Positions 8,957-17,723 of a stretch of 64,000 nucleotides of DNA are shown here, piece by piece. This stretch comes from an uncultured Lachnospiraceae bacterium (lineage in GTDB: Bacteria > Bacillota > Clostridia > Lachnospirales > Lachnospiraceae). Within the stretch, counting starts at the first letter, position 1. Each line of letters begins with the position of its first letter. The position numbers were made by a program, and so were the translations under genes. A model generated the notes under the pieces. The model saw nothing but the letters and a program-made list of their open reading frames with translations, did no database searches and had not been told where the DNA came from. Location of the stretch: contig OMTX01000138.1 in the NCBI GenBank assembly GCA_900314085.1, positions 340-64,339 of the forward strand, read 5' to 3'.

Positions 8957-9974
8957 CTAAGTCATCACCTCCGCCGCGGGAAATGACGATCTCACCGGCA
9001 TCCTCGAGTTTCCGGATGACGCCGACGATCTTCTGCTGGGCTTCCTCGACGTCCTTCATACGAACGGGGCCCATGAACTCCATATCTTCCTTGATCATCG
9101 ATGCAAGACGCTGGGAGAGGTTGCGGAAGACGCAGTTCTGCACGTCCTCGTTTGCGCTCTTCAGGGCGACCGCAATATCCTTGTTTTCGACCTCGCGGAG
9201 GACACGCTGGATAGCCCGGTCGTCTAATAGCATGATATCCTCGAATACGAACATCTTCTTCCGGATTTCTTCGGCCAGCTCCGGCTCCTCGATTTCGAGG
9301 GACTCCATGATGCGCTTCTCTGTGCCGCGGTCGACGGTGTTCAGGATATTTACGATGGCATCTACGCCGCCGGCAATCGTATAGTCCTGGGAAACGACGG
9401 AGGAAAGCTTCCGCTCGAGGACGCGCTCGACTTCCTTGATGACTTCAGGCGACGTCCTGTCCATCATGGCGATACGCTTGGCCACATCGGCCTGCTTCTC
9501 GGGAGAAAGGGCGCCGAGAATCTGGGAGGCCTGGGCTGCGGACAGGTAGGAAAGCACCATGGCGATGGTCTGCGGGTGCTCGTCCTGGATGAAGTTCAGT
9601 ACCTGCGAAGGCTCGGTCTTCCGGATGAACTCGAAAGGACGGACCTGCAGCGATGCGGTGAGACGGGTAATGACGTCCTGGGCCTTCTCTGCGCCCAGGG
9701 ACTTTTCGAGCAGGTCCTTGGCATAGCCGATACCGCCTTCTGCGATGTACTGCTGAGCCAGGCAGACCTGGTAGAACTCGTTGATGACCTCTTCCTTGAC
9801 GTCGGGGGCGACGGACCGCGTATTTGCGATCTCAAGCGTCAGTTCCTCGATCTCGTCCTCCTTGAGGTGTTTGAATATCTCCGATGACTTTTCCGGTCCG
9901 AGGGCGATGAGAAGAATCGCCGCCTTCTGGACCCCGGTCATTTCAGCTGTTTTTGATGCTGTCGCTTCCGCCAT
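8949..9974 (-). CDS. fliG: Flagellar motor switch protein FliG
   Basis: 341 aa. Contains MTGVQKAAILLIALGPEKSSEIFKHL and EHPQTIAMVLSYL. The C-terminal torque-helix region is conserved. Confidence 0.95.
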   Translation of the reverse strand: MAEATASKTAEMTGVQKAAILLIALGPEKSSEIFKHLKEDEIEELTLEIANTRSVAPDVKEEVINEFYQVCLAQQYIAEGGIGYAKDLLEKSLGAEKAQDVITRLTASLQVRPFEFIRKTEPSQVLNFIQDEHPQTIAMVLSYLSAAQASQILGALSPEKQADVAKRIAMMDRTSPEVIKEVERVLERKLSSVVSQDYTIAGGVDAIVNILNTVDRGTEKRIMESLEIEEPELAEEIRKKMFVFEDIMLLDDRAIQRVLREVENKDIAVALKSANEDVQNCVFRNLSQRLASMIKEDMEFMGPVRMKDVEEAQQKIVGVIRKLEDAGEIVISRGGGDDLVV

Positions 9975-10190
9975 ATCCCGGCCTCAAATCCGTTACTTTA
10001 TATCACATCCATGTACCTTGCTTTATATGTAACTATTCAGCACACAGAATTGCAAATGCGTTGAATACTTGTATTCATAAGCAATTTGCAATTCTGTGTG
10101 GCCTGGCGGCGGAGCAGCCCGGAACCCCTAGCAACGAGAATTTCGAAGAAATTCGAGTTGTTTGGGGTTCTGAATAGTTACATAGGGGCG

Positions 10191-11810
10191 TCACCCGCCC
10201 CAGTCCTCGTTCAGCCAGTTGCGAAGCAACGAAGCCACAGCCTCGGGGTTCTCGTCCACGAACTTCTCGATGAGCTTCCGGGCCTCGGACTTCTCGGTGT
10301 AGCCGATATCCTCGAGCTCTTCCTGAGGCTGCTCCTCGAGCAGAGTCTCGACCGTAACCTCTTCCTCTTCTTCTTCTTCCTTGTTCTGACGCAGCGTCCG
10401 GAAGACGACGAAGAAGAGAAGGAGAAGAATCAGGAGTGCCATCACGAGTTCCAGAATGTCCTTCAGGCTGAAGCGGGCTTCCTCGTCCTCGAAGAAGGGA
10501 ACCGTGTAGCAGAGCATCGTGATGTTTTCTTCCGGAATGCCGGTCGCCTTGGAAACTGTGGCGATGACGTCCGGATCGGCGTCAACCTTCGTCGGGGCGG
10601 AGTTCTGGGCCTCGTACTGCTCCCAGGTCGTCCCGTTCAGGGTGCCGTCCGCCTTCAGAACCGACTCGCGATAGGTGACATACTGGTAGGCGACAATTCC
10701 GATGGAGGAATTTGCCTTGTCAATCTTTCCGGACTCGCCGGTCGTCTTCGTGATTTCTTCGTCCGGGAGGTACTTGTTCTGGATTTTTGAAGAGGAAGAC
10801 GAAGAACCGGCCCCGTCCTGGATGACGTAAGTCGTGTCGTCGTTCGAATCCGTACCGGGGGTTCCGGCCACCCCGTTCTTCGTCTCCGTCGACTCTTCGA
10901 GATGGGAATCGAGGTAGCCCTCGTCCCGGCCCTCATCGACGGAATAGTCGTATTTCAGGATTTCCGTGGCATCGAAGTTCATGTCATAGGAGACGCCGAT
11001 CTTTACGTTGTTGAAAAGAGCCGCCCCGTTGGCGCCGGCGCCGGCCAGGATTCCGCGAACCTTCTCCGCTTCCGCCGCCTCTGCCTGCTGCTTCACGGAC
11101 CTGTTCGCCGCAGCAACTGCATAGCTTGACGCCTCCTCGCCCCCGGAAAAGATGGAGTTCGAGTTCTGGTCCATGATCGTGATGTTCTGGGTATCGTCGT
11201 TTCCGATATTGGTCGCGATGAATTTCGCAATCGTTGCGGCCTGGGCCTGCGTCAGTTCGGAATTCAGTGTCAGAATAGCTTCGCCGTAGGCGGGCATCTT
11301 CGAAGAAATGAGTGTCCCGTCGTCGTCCGGCATATTGAGGTTGACCTTTGCCGCGTCGACCTGGTCAAGTGTCTCGAGATCCTGGGCCAGCTTGCTCTCG
11401 AGGAAGTACTGATACTTCCGCTTCGTATTCGCTTCCGTCGTGGAAAGGGCGTTCCCGCCGAGGGCATCTTCAAGCGTATAGGCATCCGTCTGGATGTCCG
11501 CCCCGCCGAGGGTGATGCGGGCCTGCCCCTGCTGTTTCGAATCGATATAGAAGGTGAGGCCGTCGTCGGAGGTCTTGTAGTCGTAGGTCGTATCGGCGCC
11601 GTCCAGAGCAGACTTGATGGAGTTGGCCTCCGTCCCGTCCTTTGCCGTGACGAGGGTGACATAGTTCGTCTTGTTCATCGTCACGCCGAGGATGATCAGG
11701 GCCACGACGACAATGGCCGCCGCCGAAATGATGGCCGCCTTCTGCCGCGTGGAGAATTTCGCCCACCAGTCGCGGATCCGGTTTAGGATGTTTTGCAGTG
11801 CTTCAGGCAT
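10191..11810 (-). CDS. fliF: Flagellar M-ring protein FliF
   Basis: 539 aa. N-terminal TM (AAIISAAAIVVVALIILGV), periplasmic ring-building domains, C-terminal TM (LVMALLILLLLFFVVF), and an acidic tail ending LLRNWLNEDW. Confidence 0.9.
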   Translation of the reverse strand: MPEALQNILNRIRDWWAKFSTRQKAAIISAAAIVVVALIILGVTMNKTNYVTLVTAKDGTEANSIKSALDGADTTYDYKTSDDGLTFYIDSKQQGQARITLGGADIQTDAYTLEDALGGNALSTTEANTKRKYQYFLESKLAQDLETLDQVDAAKVNLNMPDDDGTLISSKMPAYGEAILTLNSELTQAQAATIAKFIATNIGNDDTQNITIMDQNSNSIFSGGEEASSYAVAAANRSVKQQAEAAEAEKVRGILAGAGANGAALFNNVKIGVSYDMNFDATEILKYDYSVDEGRDEGYLDSHLEESTETKNGVAGTPGTDSNDDTTYVIQDGAGSSSSSSKIQNKYLPDEEITKTTGESGKIDKANSSIGIVAYQYVTYRESVLKADGTLNGTTWEQYEAQNSAPTKVDADPDVIATVSKATGIPEENITMLCYTVPFFEDEEARFSLKDILELVMALLILLLLFFVVFRTLRQNKEEEEEEEVTVETLLEEQPQEELEDIGYTEKSEARKLIEKFVDENPEAVASLLRNWLNEDWGG

Positions 11811-11853
11811 TTTGCTTTTCCTTTTTTATTATTAATATTTCATTGACGGCAGG

Positions 11854-12186
11854 TTAGATCTGCATGTTCATAATCGTATTATACCCCTGCAAAAATCGAT
11901 CCCGGACTGCAACGGTAAACTGCAGAGCTATCGCTGCCTTCTGCTCTGCGATCATGAGGTCGTGGGTGTTGTTCGACTGGCCGAGGGCGAATTTGATTTC
12001 CTCGTCCTGGGCTGTGTTCTGGGCGGCATTCGTCTCGTCCACCATCTGGATGGCGGAGTTCAGGATGGCGCCGAAGCCGTTGTCGTCTGTCTGCACCTTC
12101 TGAAAGGCACTGTCGTCAAAAACCGGGGTGATTTTGTAGGCGGTGTTGTAGGTGCCGATATTGGTCAGGTTTGCGAGTGTATCCAT
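11854..12186 (-). CDS. fliE: Flagellar hook-basal body protein FliE
   Basis: 110 aa. C-terminal AEQKAAIALQFTVAVRDRFLQGYNTIMNMQI is typical of FliE. Lies between flgC and fliF. Confidence 0.85.
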   Translation of the reverse strand: MDTLANLTNIGTYNTAYKITPVFDDSAFQKVQTDDNGFGAILNSAIQMVDETNAAQNTAQDEEIKFALGQSNNTHDLMIAEQKAAIALQFTVAVRDRFLQGYNTIMNMQI

Positions 12187-12263
12187 ACAGTCATTCCTTC
12201 AAAAAAGCCTTGTCTTTAATCTTTTGGAATCCGATAGCAGATAAAATCAGCTATTCAGACGAA

Positions 12264-12710
12264 TCAACTGTTTCCGATGGAGATGCCGGAGGAGGCCATC
12301 TGCTTCAGGGCGCCAAAGGCCGTGACATTCGCCTGGTAGGACCGGGAGGAATCGATGAGGTTCGTCATTTCGGTCACGGTATTGACATTCGGGTAGCGGA
12401 CATAGCCGTTCTCGTCCGCATCCGGGTGGGAGGGATCGTAGACCATGGTGAAATCCGTCTCTGTGTCCTCATAGACGCGGTCGACCTTGACGCCGTTCCC
12501 CTGGAAATTGTCGAGGTAGTCGCCAAGCGTTTCTGAAAAGACAGGATTTAAGGAGCGGGCCTCGAAAGTCACGATGTGCCGCCGGTAGGGCTCACCTGTC
12601 TCCGTCCTTGTCGTATTTACATTTGCAATATTCTGGGCGATGGTATCCATGCGGAAGCGCTGGGCCGCCATGCCGGATGCCGCGATATCAAACGATTGAA
12701 AAAGTCCCAT
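12264..12710 (-). CDS. flgC: Flagellar basal-body rod protein FlgC
   Basis: 148 aa. N-terminus MGLFQSFDIAASGMAAQRFRMDTIAQNIANVNTTRT. AGGAGG SD. Confidence 0.9.
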   Translation of the reverse strand: MGLFQSFDIAASGMAAQRFRMDTIAQNIANVNTTRTETGEPYRRHIVTFEARSLNPVFSETLGDYLDNFQGNGVKVDRVYEDTETDFTMVYDPSHPDADENGYVRYPNVNTVTEMTNLIDSSRSYQANVTAFGALKQMASSGISIGNS

Positions 12711-12768
12711 AAGGCATATCCTCCTGCAGAAAACGAAAGAAAAAGCTTCGCCTGCCCTGTCTCAACGA

Positions 12769-13164
12769 TTACTGAATGGACGCTGCCGTCTTGAAGCGCT
12801 GGAATTCCGCGGATGTCGCTGTCGAAATGGCCTGATACTTAAGCTGCTCACTGGCCAGCTCGACGTTTTCCGTATCGATGTCGACATTATTCTTGTCGAT
12901 GCGGTAGGAGAAATTTTCGGCGTCCGTGTAGACCTCTCCTTCGAGGTCGTCCATATCCGCATGGCGGATGGCCTGGTCGCGGTTTTTAAACCGGATGTCC
13001 TCAATCTCGTCCTTCAGGATGTTTGAAAACGTGACGTCCTGCCGCTTGTAGCCGGGGGTGTCGACGTTTGCGATATTGTTCGCAATTGCCGTCTGCCGCT
13101 TCCAGGAGGCGTCGAGCGTCCGGTCGAGGATGTTTACATAGGAGAATGCGTCGGATGTAAGCAT
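12769..13164 (-). CDS. flgB: Flagellar basal-body rod protein FlgB
   Basis: Contains QTAIANNIANVDTPGYKRQDV. Start placed at ATG 13164 (AAGGAAGG SD 4 nt upstream); the longest ORF would start at 13209. Confidence 0.9.
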   Translation of the reverse strand: MLTSDAFSYVNILDRTLDASWKRQTAIANNIANVDTPGYKRQDVTFSNILKDEIEDIRFKNRDQAIRHADMDDLEGEVYTDAENFSYRIDKNNVDIDTENVELASEQLKYQAISTATSAEFQRFKTAASIQ

Positions 13165-13218
13165 AATTCCTTCCTTTCCGTGTACGAGGCAATCTTCGCC
13201 TGAATACACTCAATAAGT

Positions 13219-13246
13219 ATTATATAGGTTCTCCGTCAAAACGCAA
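13219..13246 (-). promoter_or_regulatory. Candidate sigma-A-type promoter of the flagellar operon (TTGCGT-16 nt-TATAAT)
   Basis: On the minus strand the -35 ttgcgt is at 13246-13241 and the -10 tataat at 13224-13219, about 50 nt upstream of the flgB ATG. Confidence 0.3.
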
Positions 13247-13304
13247 GAATTTTTACAAGGTATGGTGTTTTTTCACCCGTTCATCCACAAGACATTGTTG
13301 TTCC

Positions 13305-13318
13305 ATGACTAATATAAA
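13305..13318 (-). promoter_or_regulatory. Instance 2 of recurrent motif TTTAYATTAGTCAT (about 140 nt upstream of flgB)
   Basis: Plus strand reads atgactaatataaa, so the coding strand reads ttttatattagtcat. It is preceded by a short GC hairpin. Confidence 0.4.
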
Positions 13319-13346
13319 ACGCCGTGTACCCCGCCGGCACAGGGTT

Positions 13347-13366
13347 TGTGAAACATTGTGAAACAT
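13347..13366. repeat. Perfect tandem 10-mer TGTGAAACAT x2 between the codY terminator and the flagellar promoter
   Basis: tgtgaaacat occurs at 13347-13356 and again at 13357-13366, followed by tttcatgaaaaca. Confidence 0.6.
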
Positions 13367-13373
13367 TTTCATG

Positions 13374-13413
13374 AAAACAAAAAGGATTTAAGCGCTTCTC
13401 AGCGCCTAAATCC
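13374..13413 (-). terminator. Rho-independent terminator after codY
   Basis: Minus strand reads ggatttaggcgc-tgagaa-gcgcttaaatcc followed by tttttgtttt. Confidence 0.6.
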
Positions 13414-13457
13414 CTTTATACCAAACATCCTTGAAAATATTATTTTGTAAACTTTTT

Positions 13458-14237
13458 TCAGCTCCGCTCCGCCTCGAGCCGCTCGAGCTCGGGGAAGACC
13501 GCGTCGTTTAAGACCTTGATGTAGGTTCCCTTCATGCCGGAGGACCGGGTTTCAATGACGCCGGCGGATTCAAACTTCCTTAGAGCGTTTACGATGACAG
13601 ACCGCGTGATGCCGACCTGGTCTGCAATACGGCTCGCTACGAGCTTTCCCTCCCGGCCGTCGAGTTCCTTGAAGATGTGGATGATTGCATCCTGCTCGGA
13701 AACGGAAAGTGTATGAAGGGCAGACTTCACAATCTGCTGCTTGCGCGTCTCCTCGGACTTTTCCTCGTTCACGGACCTGAGCATTTCAAGGCCGACCACC
13801 GTCGTTCCGTATTCGGAGAGGATGATGTCGTCGATGTCATAGGACTTCGAATCCCGGTAGAGGAAAAGGGTTCCGAGCCGTTCGCCTGCGATGTCGATCG
13901 GAGTCACAATGGCATGGACATTCTTCGCGCTCTCCTCCGCAAAGCCCAGCGTCAAAAGATCCACGTTTTCCTTTGTGGAAAGGACGGAAAGCAGGCGCTC
14001 GTTGAAGTCCTTGTCTATGAAGTCGCCGACATTCCCTGTAATGAGCTCCGTCAGCTTGTTTTCTTCCGTGTTCAGGCTCTTGCCGAGAATCTTCCCCTTC
14101 TTCGAGATCACATAGATATTCGAATCGAGAATATCCGTGAACACCGCGCAGATATCGTTGAAAATGAACTTGGACGAATTGTTGTTGTGGAGGAAACGCC
14201 CGATCTTTCTGGTCTTGTCTAATAATTGTACACTCAT
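13458..14237 (-). CDS. codY: GTP/BCAA-sensing global regulator CodY
   Basis: 259 aa from ATG 14237 (MSVQLLDKTRKIGRFL). C-terminal wHTH ASRIADQVGITRSVIVNALRKFESAGVIETRSSGMKGTYIKVLN. The longest ORF (to 14315) would overlap topA. Confidence 0.9.
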   Translation of the reverse strand: MSVQLLDKTRKIGRFLHNNNSSKFIFNDICAVFTDILDSNIYVISKKGKILGKSLNTEENKLTELITGNVGDFIDKDFNERLLSVLSTKENVDLLTLGFAEESAKNVHAIVTPIDIAGERLGTLFLYRDSKSYDIDDIILSEYGTTVVGLEMLRSVNEEKSEETRKQQIVKSALHTLSVSEQDAIIHIFKELDGREGKLVASRIADQVGITRSVIVNALRKFESAGVIETRSSGMKGTYIKVLNDAVFPELERLEAERS

Positions 14238-14250
14238 GATGCCACCGTTT

Positions 14251-16467
14251 TCAGTCTTCCGTCTCTGTCTCCTGCTTCGCTTCGCTGTATCCGCACGAAG
14301 GATCGGAGCAGACAATCCGGTTCCCCTTGATTACCATATAGTTCCCGCACTTGGGGCACTTCTTTTCCACTGGCCGGTTCCAGCTCATGAAATCACACGC
14401 CGGATAATCCTCGCACCCGTAGAAGCGTCGGCCCTTCTTTGTCTTCCGCTCGACAATCTCCTTGCCGCACTTGGGGCAGGCGACGCCGATCTTCTCGAGA
14501 AGGGGCTTTGTGTTTCTGCATTCGGGAAAGCCCGGGCAGGCCAGGAACTTTCCGTGAGGACCGAATTTGATGACCATGTTGCGGCCGCATTTCTCACATT
14601 TGATATCGGTCACTTCGTCCTCGATTTTTACCTTGCCAAGCTCCTCATCCGCCTTTTTGACCTCGGCCTCGAAGTCGGGATAGAAGTTCCTTATGATGGA
14701 TTTCCAGTCATTGTCCCCTTCTTCGATGGAATCCAACATGGACTCGAGATTGGCTGTAAAGGACAGATCAACGATCTCCGGGAAGGACTCCTTCATAATG
14801 GAGTTTACGACCTCGCCCAGCTCCGTCACGAAGAGGGACCGCTGCTCCTTCGTCACATAGTGCCGTTTCTGCAGCGTCGTGATGGTCGGCGAATACGTCG
14901 ACGGCCGGCCGATGCCCAGTTCCTCCATCGCGTGTACGAGAGAAGCTTCCGTGAAGTGGGCCGGCGGCTCCGTGAAATGCTGCTTCTCATCAAAGGAGTC
15001 GAAAGAAAGCTTTGAGGAATCTTTGATCTTGAAGACCGCCTCATTCGTATTCTCCTCTTCCTTCTTCTTTTCGGCCCGGTAGACCATCTCCCAGCCTTCG
15101 AAGGCGATTCTGGAACCGGAAGCCGTAAAGACAGCTTCCCCGTTTTTCACTCTGACGGACGCCGTATCGTAGCGGGAAGGCGCCATGCGGGATGCCATGA
15201 AGCGGTTCCAGATCAGCTGGTAGAGCCGGTACTGGTCACGCGACACCTGGTCCTTCACCTCGGAAGGCAGGAGGTTCACGTCAGCAGGCCTTATGGCCTC
15301 ATGGGCGTCCTGGACATTCTTTCCGCCCTTCGCGCCCCTCTCCTTTTCGTTCTGGTACTCATCCCCGTAGTGAGCAGAGATGAAAGAAGCCGCCATCTCC
15401 TTTGCCAGGTCAGAAACCCGGGTGGAATCCGTACGCAGGTAGGTGATAAGGCCGACAGTCCCGCGTCCTTTGATCTGGACGCCTTCGTAGAGCTGCTGGG
15501 CTACCCGCATGGTCCGGCTGACCGAGAAATTCAGTGCCTTGGCGGCGGACTGCTGCAGGGTGGATGTCGTAAAGGGAAGGGGCGGGTTCTTCGTCCGGCT
15601 GCCTTCCTTCACGGAATCAAGGGCGAATGTTCCCTTTTCACAGGCTTTGCGGACAGCATCCACCTCCGCCTTTGTGAGAAGCCCGTCTGCATCCACCCCC
15701 TTGCCTGCATAGGCAAATTCAACGGGCTTTTTGCTGCCGTCAAATGTCAGCATCGCAGACAGGGTATAATATTCCTTCGGGATAAAGGCGGAAATCTCAT
15801 CTTCCCGGTCACAGATCAGACGCAGGGCAACGGACTGAACGCGGCCGGCGGAGAGCCCCCGCTTCACCTTTGCCCAGAGCACCGGGCTGATTTCATAGCC
15901 CACGATCCGGTCAAGGACGCGGCGGGCCTGCTGGGCATCGACGAGGTTCCCGTCAATATCCCGGGGACTTTTCAGCGACTCTTTGACCGCCGTCTTTGTA
16001 ATTTCATTGAAGGTAATCCGCTTGTATTTCCCTTCCGGAAGATTAAGTGCCGTGATCAGGTGCCAGGAAATGGCCTCTCCCTCGCGGTCCGGATCGGTTG
16101 CGAGATAGACGGTTTCGGCAGCTTTGGCGTCCTTCCTCATATCCTTCAGGAGGTCGCCTTTACCGCGGATCGTGATGTACTGGGGCTCGAAGTCGTTCTC
16201 GATGTCGACGCCGAGCTTGCTCTTCGGCAGGTCCCGGACGTGTCCCTTCGAAGCGATAACCTCATAATTCGAACCGAGGAATTCCTTGATAGGCTTCACC
16301 TTTGTCGGAGACTCGACGATGACGAGATTCTTTGCTTTCTTCACCCCGGTCTTTTTTGCTGCAGGTTTCTTTGCAGCTGCAGCCGTCCTTTTCTTTGCAG
16401 CAGTTTTCTTCGATGCCGCGGTTTTCCCCACCGGCGCAGCGCCGGCCTTCTTCTTTGCTTCTGCCAT
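14251..16467 (-). CDS. topA: DNA topoisomerase I, with an unusual ~45-aa Ala/Lys-rich N-terminal tail
   Basis: 738 aa. Toprim NLVIVESPTKVK, type IA core, and three C-terminal Cys4 zinc ribbons (CEKCGRNMV, CPKCGKEIV, CPKCGNYMV). An alternative GTG start at 16344 would give a canonical MKKAKNLVIVESP N-terminus. Confidence 0.95.
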   Translation of the reverse strand: MAEAKKKAGAAPVGKTAASKKTAAKKRTAAAAKKPAAKKTGVKKAKNLVIVESPTKVKPIKEFLGSNYEVIASKGHVRDLPKSKLGVDIENDFEPQYITIRGKGDLLKDMRKDAKAAETVYLATDPDREGEAISWHLITALNLPEGKYKRITFNEITKTAVKESLKSPRDIDGNLVDAQQARRVLDRIVGYEISPVLWAKVKRGLSAGRVQSVALRLICDREDEISAFIPKEYYTLSAMLTFDGSKKPVEFAYAGKGVDADGLLTKAEVDAVRKACEKGTFALDSVKEGSRTKNPPLPFTTSTLQQSAAKALNFSVSRTMRVAQQLYEGVQIKGRGTVGLITYLRTDSTRVSDLAKEMAASFISAHYGDEYQNEKERGAKGGKNVQDAHEAIRPADVNLLPSEVKDQVSRDQYRLYQLIWNRFMASRMAPSRYDTASVRVKNGEAVFTASGSRIAFEGWEMVYRAEKKKEEENTNEAVFKIKDSSKLSFDSFDEKQHFTEPPAHFTEASLVHAMEELGIGRPSTYSPTITTLQKRHYVTKEQRSLFVTELGEVVNSIMKESFPEIVDLSFTANLESMLDSIEEGDNDWKSIIRNFYPDFEAEVKKADEELGKVKIEDEVTDIKCEKCGRNMVIKFGPHGKFLACPGFPECRNTKPLLEKIGVACPKCGKEIVERKTKKGRRFYGCEDYPACDFMSWNRPVEKKCPKCGNYMVIKGNRIVCSDPSCGYSEAKQETETED

Positions 16468-16543
16468 GAAAAGAAAAACTCCTATGATAGATTAGCGCAC
16501 ACAATTTCTCTAAAAACAGGGAAGGCGCGCTGCAGACAGGCGG

Positions 16544-17653
16544 TCAGCACCTGATGTACTCGTTCTTGAAGACTTCCTTTAAAAGCCCCCGTTCGCAGAG
16601 CCCCATCACGATGGACAGGAAGGCGAGGGGCGAATAGTCTGTCTCCTTGCAGGCCGCCTCGAGATTTTTCGGATAAAAATCGAAGATACTATACACCACA
16701 AGTTCGTCCTTTTCAAGGGAGTTGATGACAGAATTTTCTGAATTGTGTTCATCAGAGGCTGAATTCTGCCGGGGGAATGGCAGGCTGTCCGGAAGGGCGA
16801 GAAAGTCCGCAATCACCTGTTCCTTCGATAGAATAATATTTGCCCCCTCGTAGATCAGCCGGTTCGTTCCCGCGCTCATCGGATCCGTGTCCCGCCCCGG
16901 CACCGCATAGACGTCCCTCCCCTGCTCGAGGGCAAAGTCCGCCGTAATGAGGGAACCGGACCGTTCGCGGGCCTCCACGACGATGGTCTTTTCAGCGAGG
17001 CCGGATATCAGCCTGTTGCGTGAGGGAAAATGCTGCTTTAAGGGGACGGTTCCCGGCGGGAGTTCAGAAAGAACCGCCCCGTGCTCTATTACAGAATAAT
17101 ATAAATCCTCGTGTTTCTTCGGATAGATGACATCCACCCCGCAGCCCAGGAGGGCATAGGTCTTCCCGCCTGCCCCAATGGCTCCCGTCTGGGAAAACCC
17201 GTCAATGCCGAGCGCCATGCCGGAGACAATCCCAAAGCCGTTTTTTACAAGGGCCCCGGCCAGCTCTGTCGCCATCTTCTTTCCGTACCCTGAGCACTCC
17301 CGCGATCCCACCATGGCAATGAGGCGGTCATCCGGTGCCGGCAGCGTGCCCCTGTAGTAGAGAATATAGGGCGGATGGTAGACCTCGGAAAGGCGGGACG
17401 GATAGGCTTTGTCAAAGGCCGTCACTATGGAGATCTCCTTTTCCAGGAGCTCATCCCACTCACGCGTGAGGTCAAAGGTCCGGCGGAAGGATAGAAACTT
17501 CGCCCTCTCTGCGTCCTTCAGACAGGCGCACTCCAGGATGTCTTCGTCAGAAGCCTTATACAGAGCCTCCTCACTGTCAAAGGCCATGCGAAGTCCGATC
17601 TTCACCGCATTGGGAAGGTCCGCCCGGCCCAGGAAATATTCGTATTTGTTCAA
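16544..17653 (-). CDS. dprA: DNA-processing protein DprA (Smf)
   Basis: 369 aa. Contains GSRECSGYGK, GMALGIDG and a Rossmann-like DprA core. TTG start with GGAGG SD. Confidence 0.9.
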   Translation of the reverse strand: MNKYEYFLGRADLPNAVKIGLRMAFDSEEALYKASDEDILECACLKDAERAKFLSFRRTFDLTREWDELLEKEISIVTAFDKAYPSRLSEVYHPPYILYYRGTLPAPDDRLIAMVGSRECSGYGKKMATELAGALVKNGFGIVSGMALGIDGFSQTGAIGAGGKTYALLGCGVDVIYPKKHEDLYYSVIEHGAVLSELPPGTVPLKQHFPSRNRLISGLAEKTIVVEARERSGSLITADFALEQGRDVYAVPGRDTDPMSAGTNRLIYEGANIILSKEQVIADFLALPDSLPFPRQNSASDEHNSENSVINSLEKDELVVYSIFDFYPKNLEAACKETDYSPLAFLSIVMGLCERGLLKEVFKNEYIRC

Positions 17654-17723
17654 AAGAGCCTCCTATCTCCGGGATAATTCATTCCGCAGACAGCTGCTGC
17701 CTCAGGTTTCCCGGAAGCTATCT

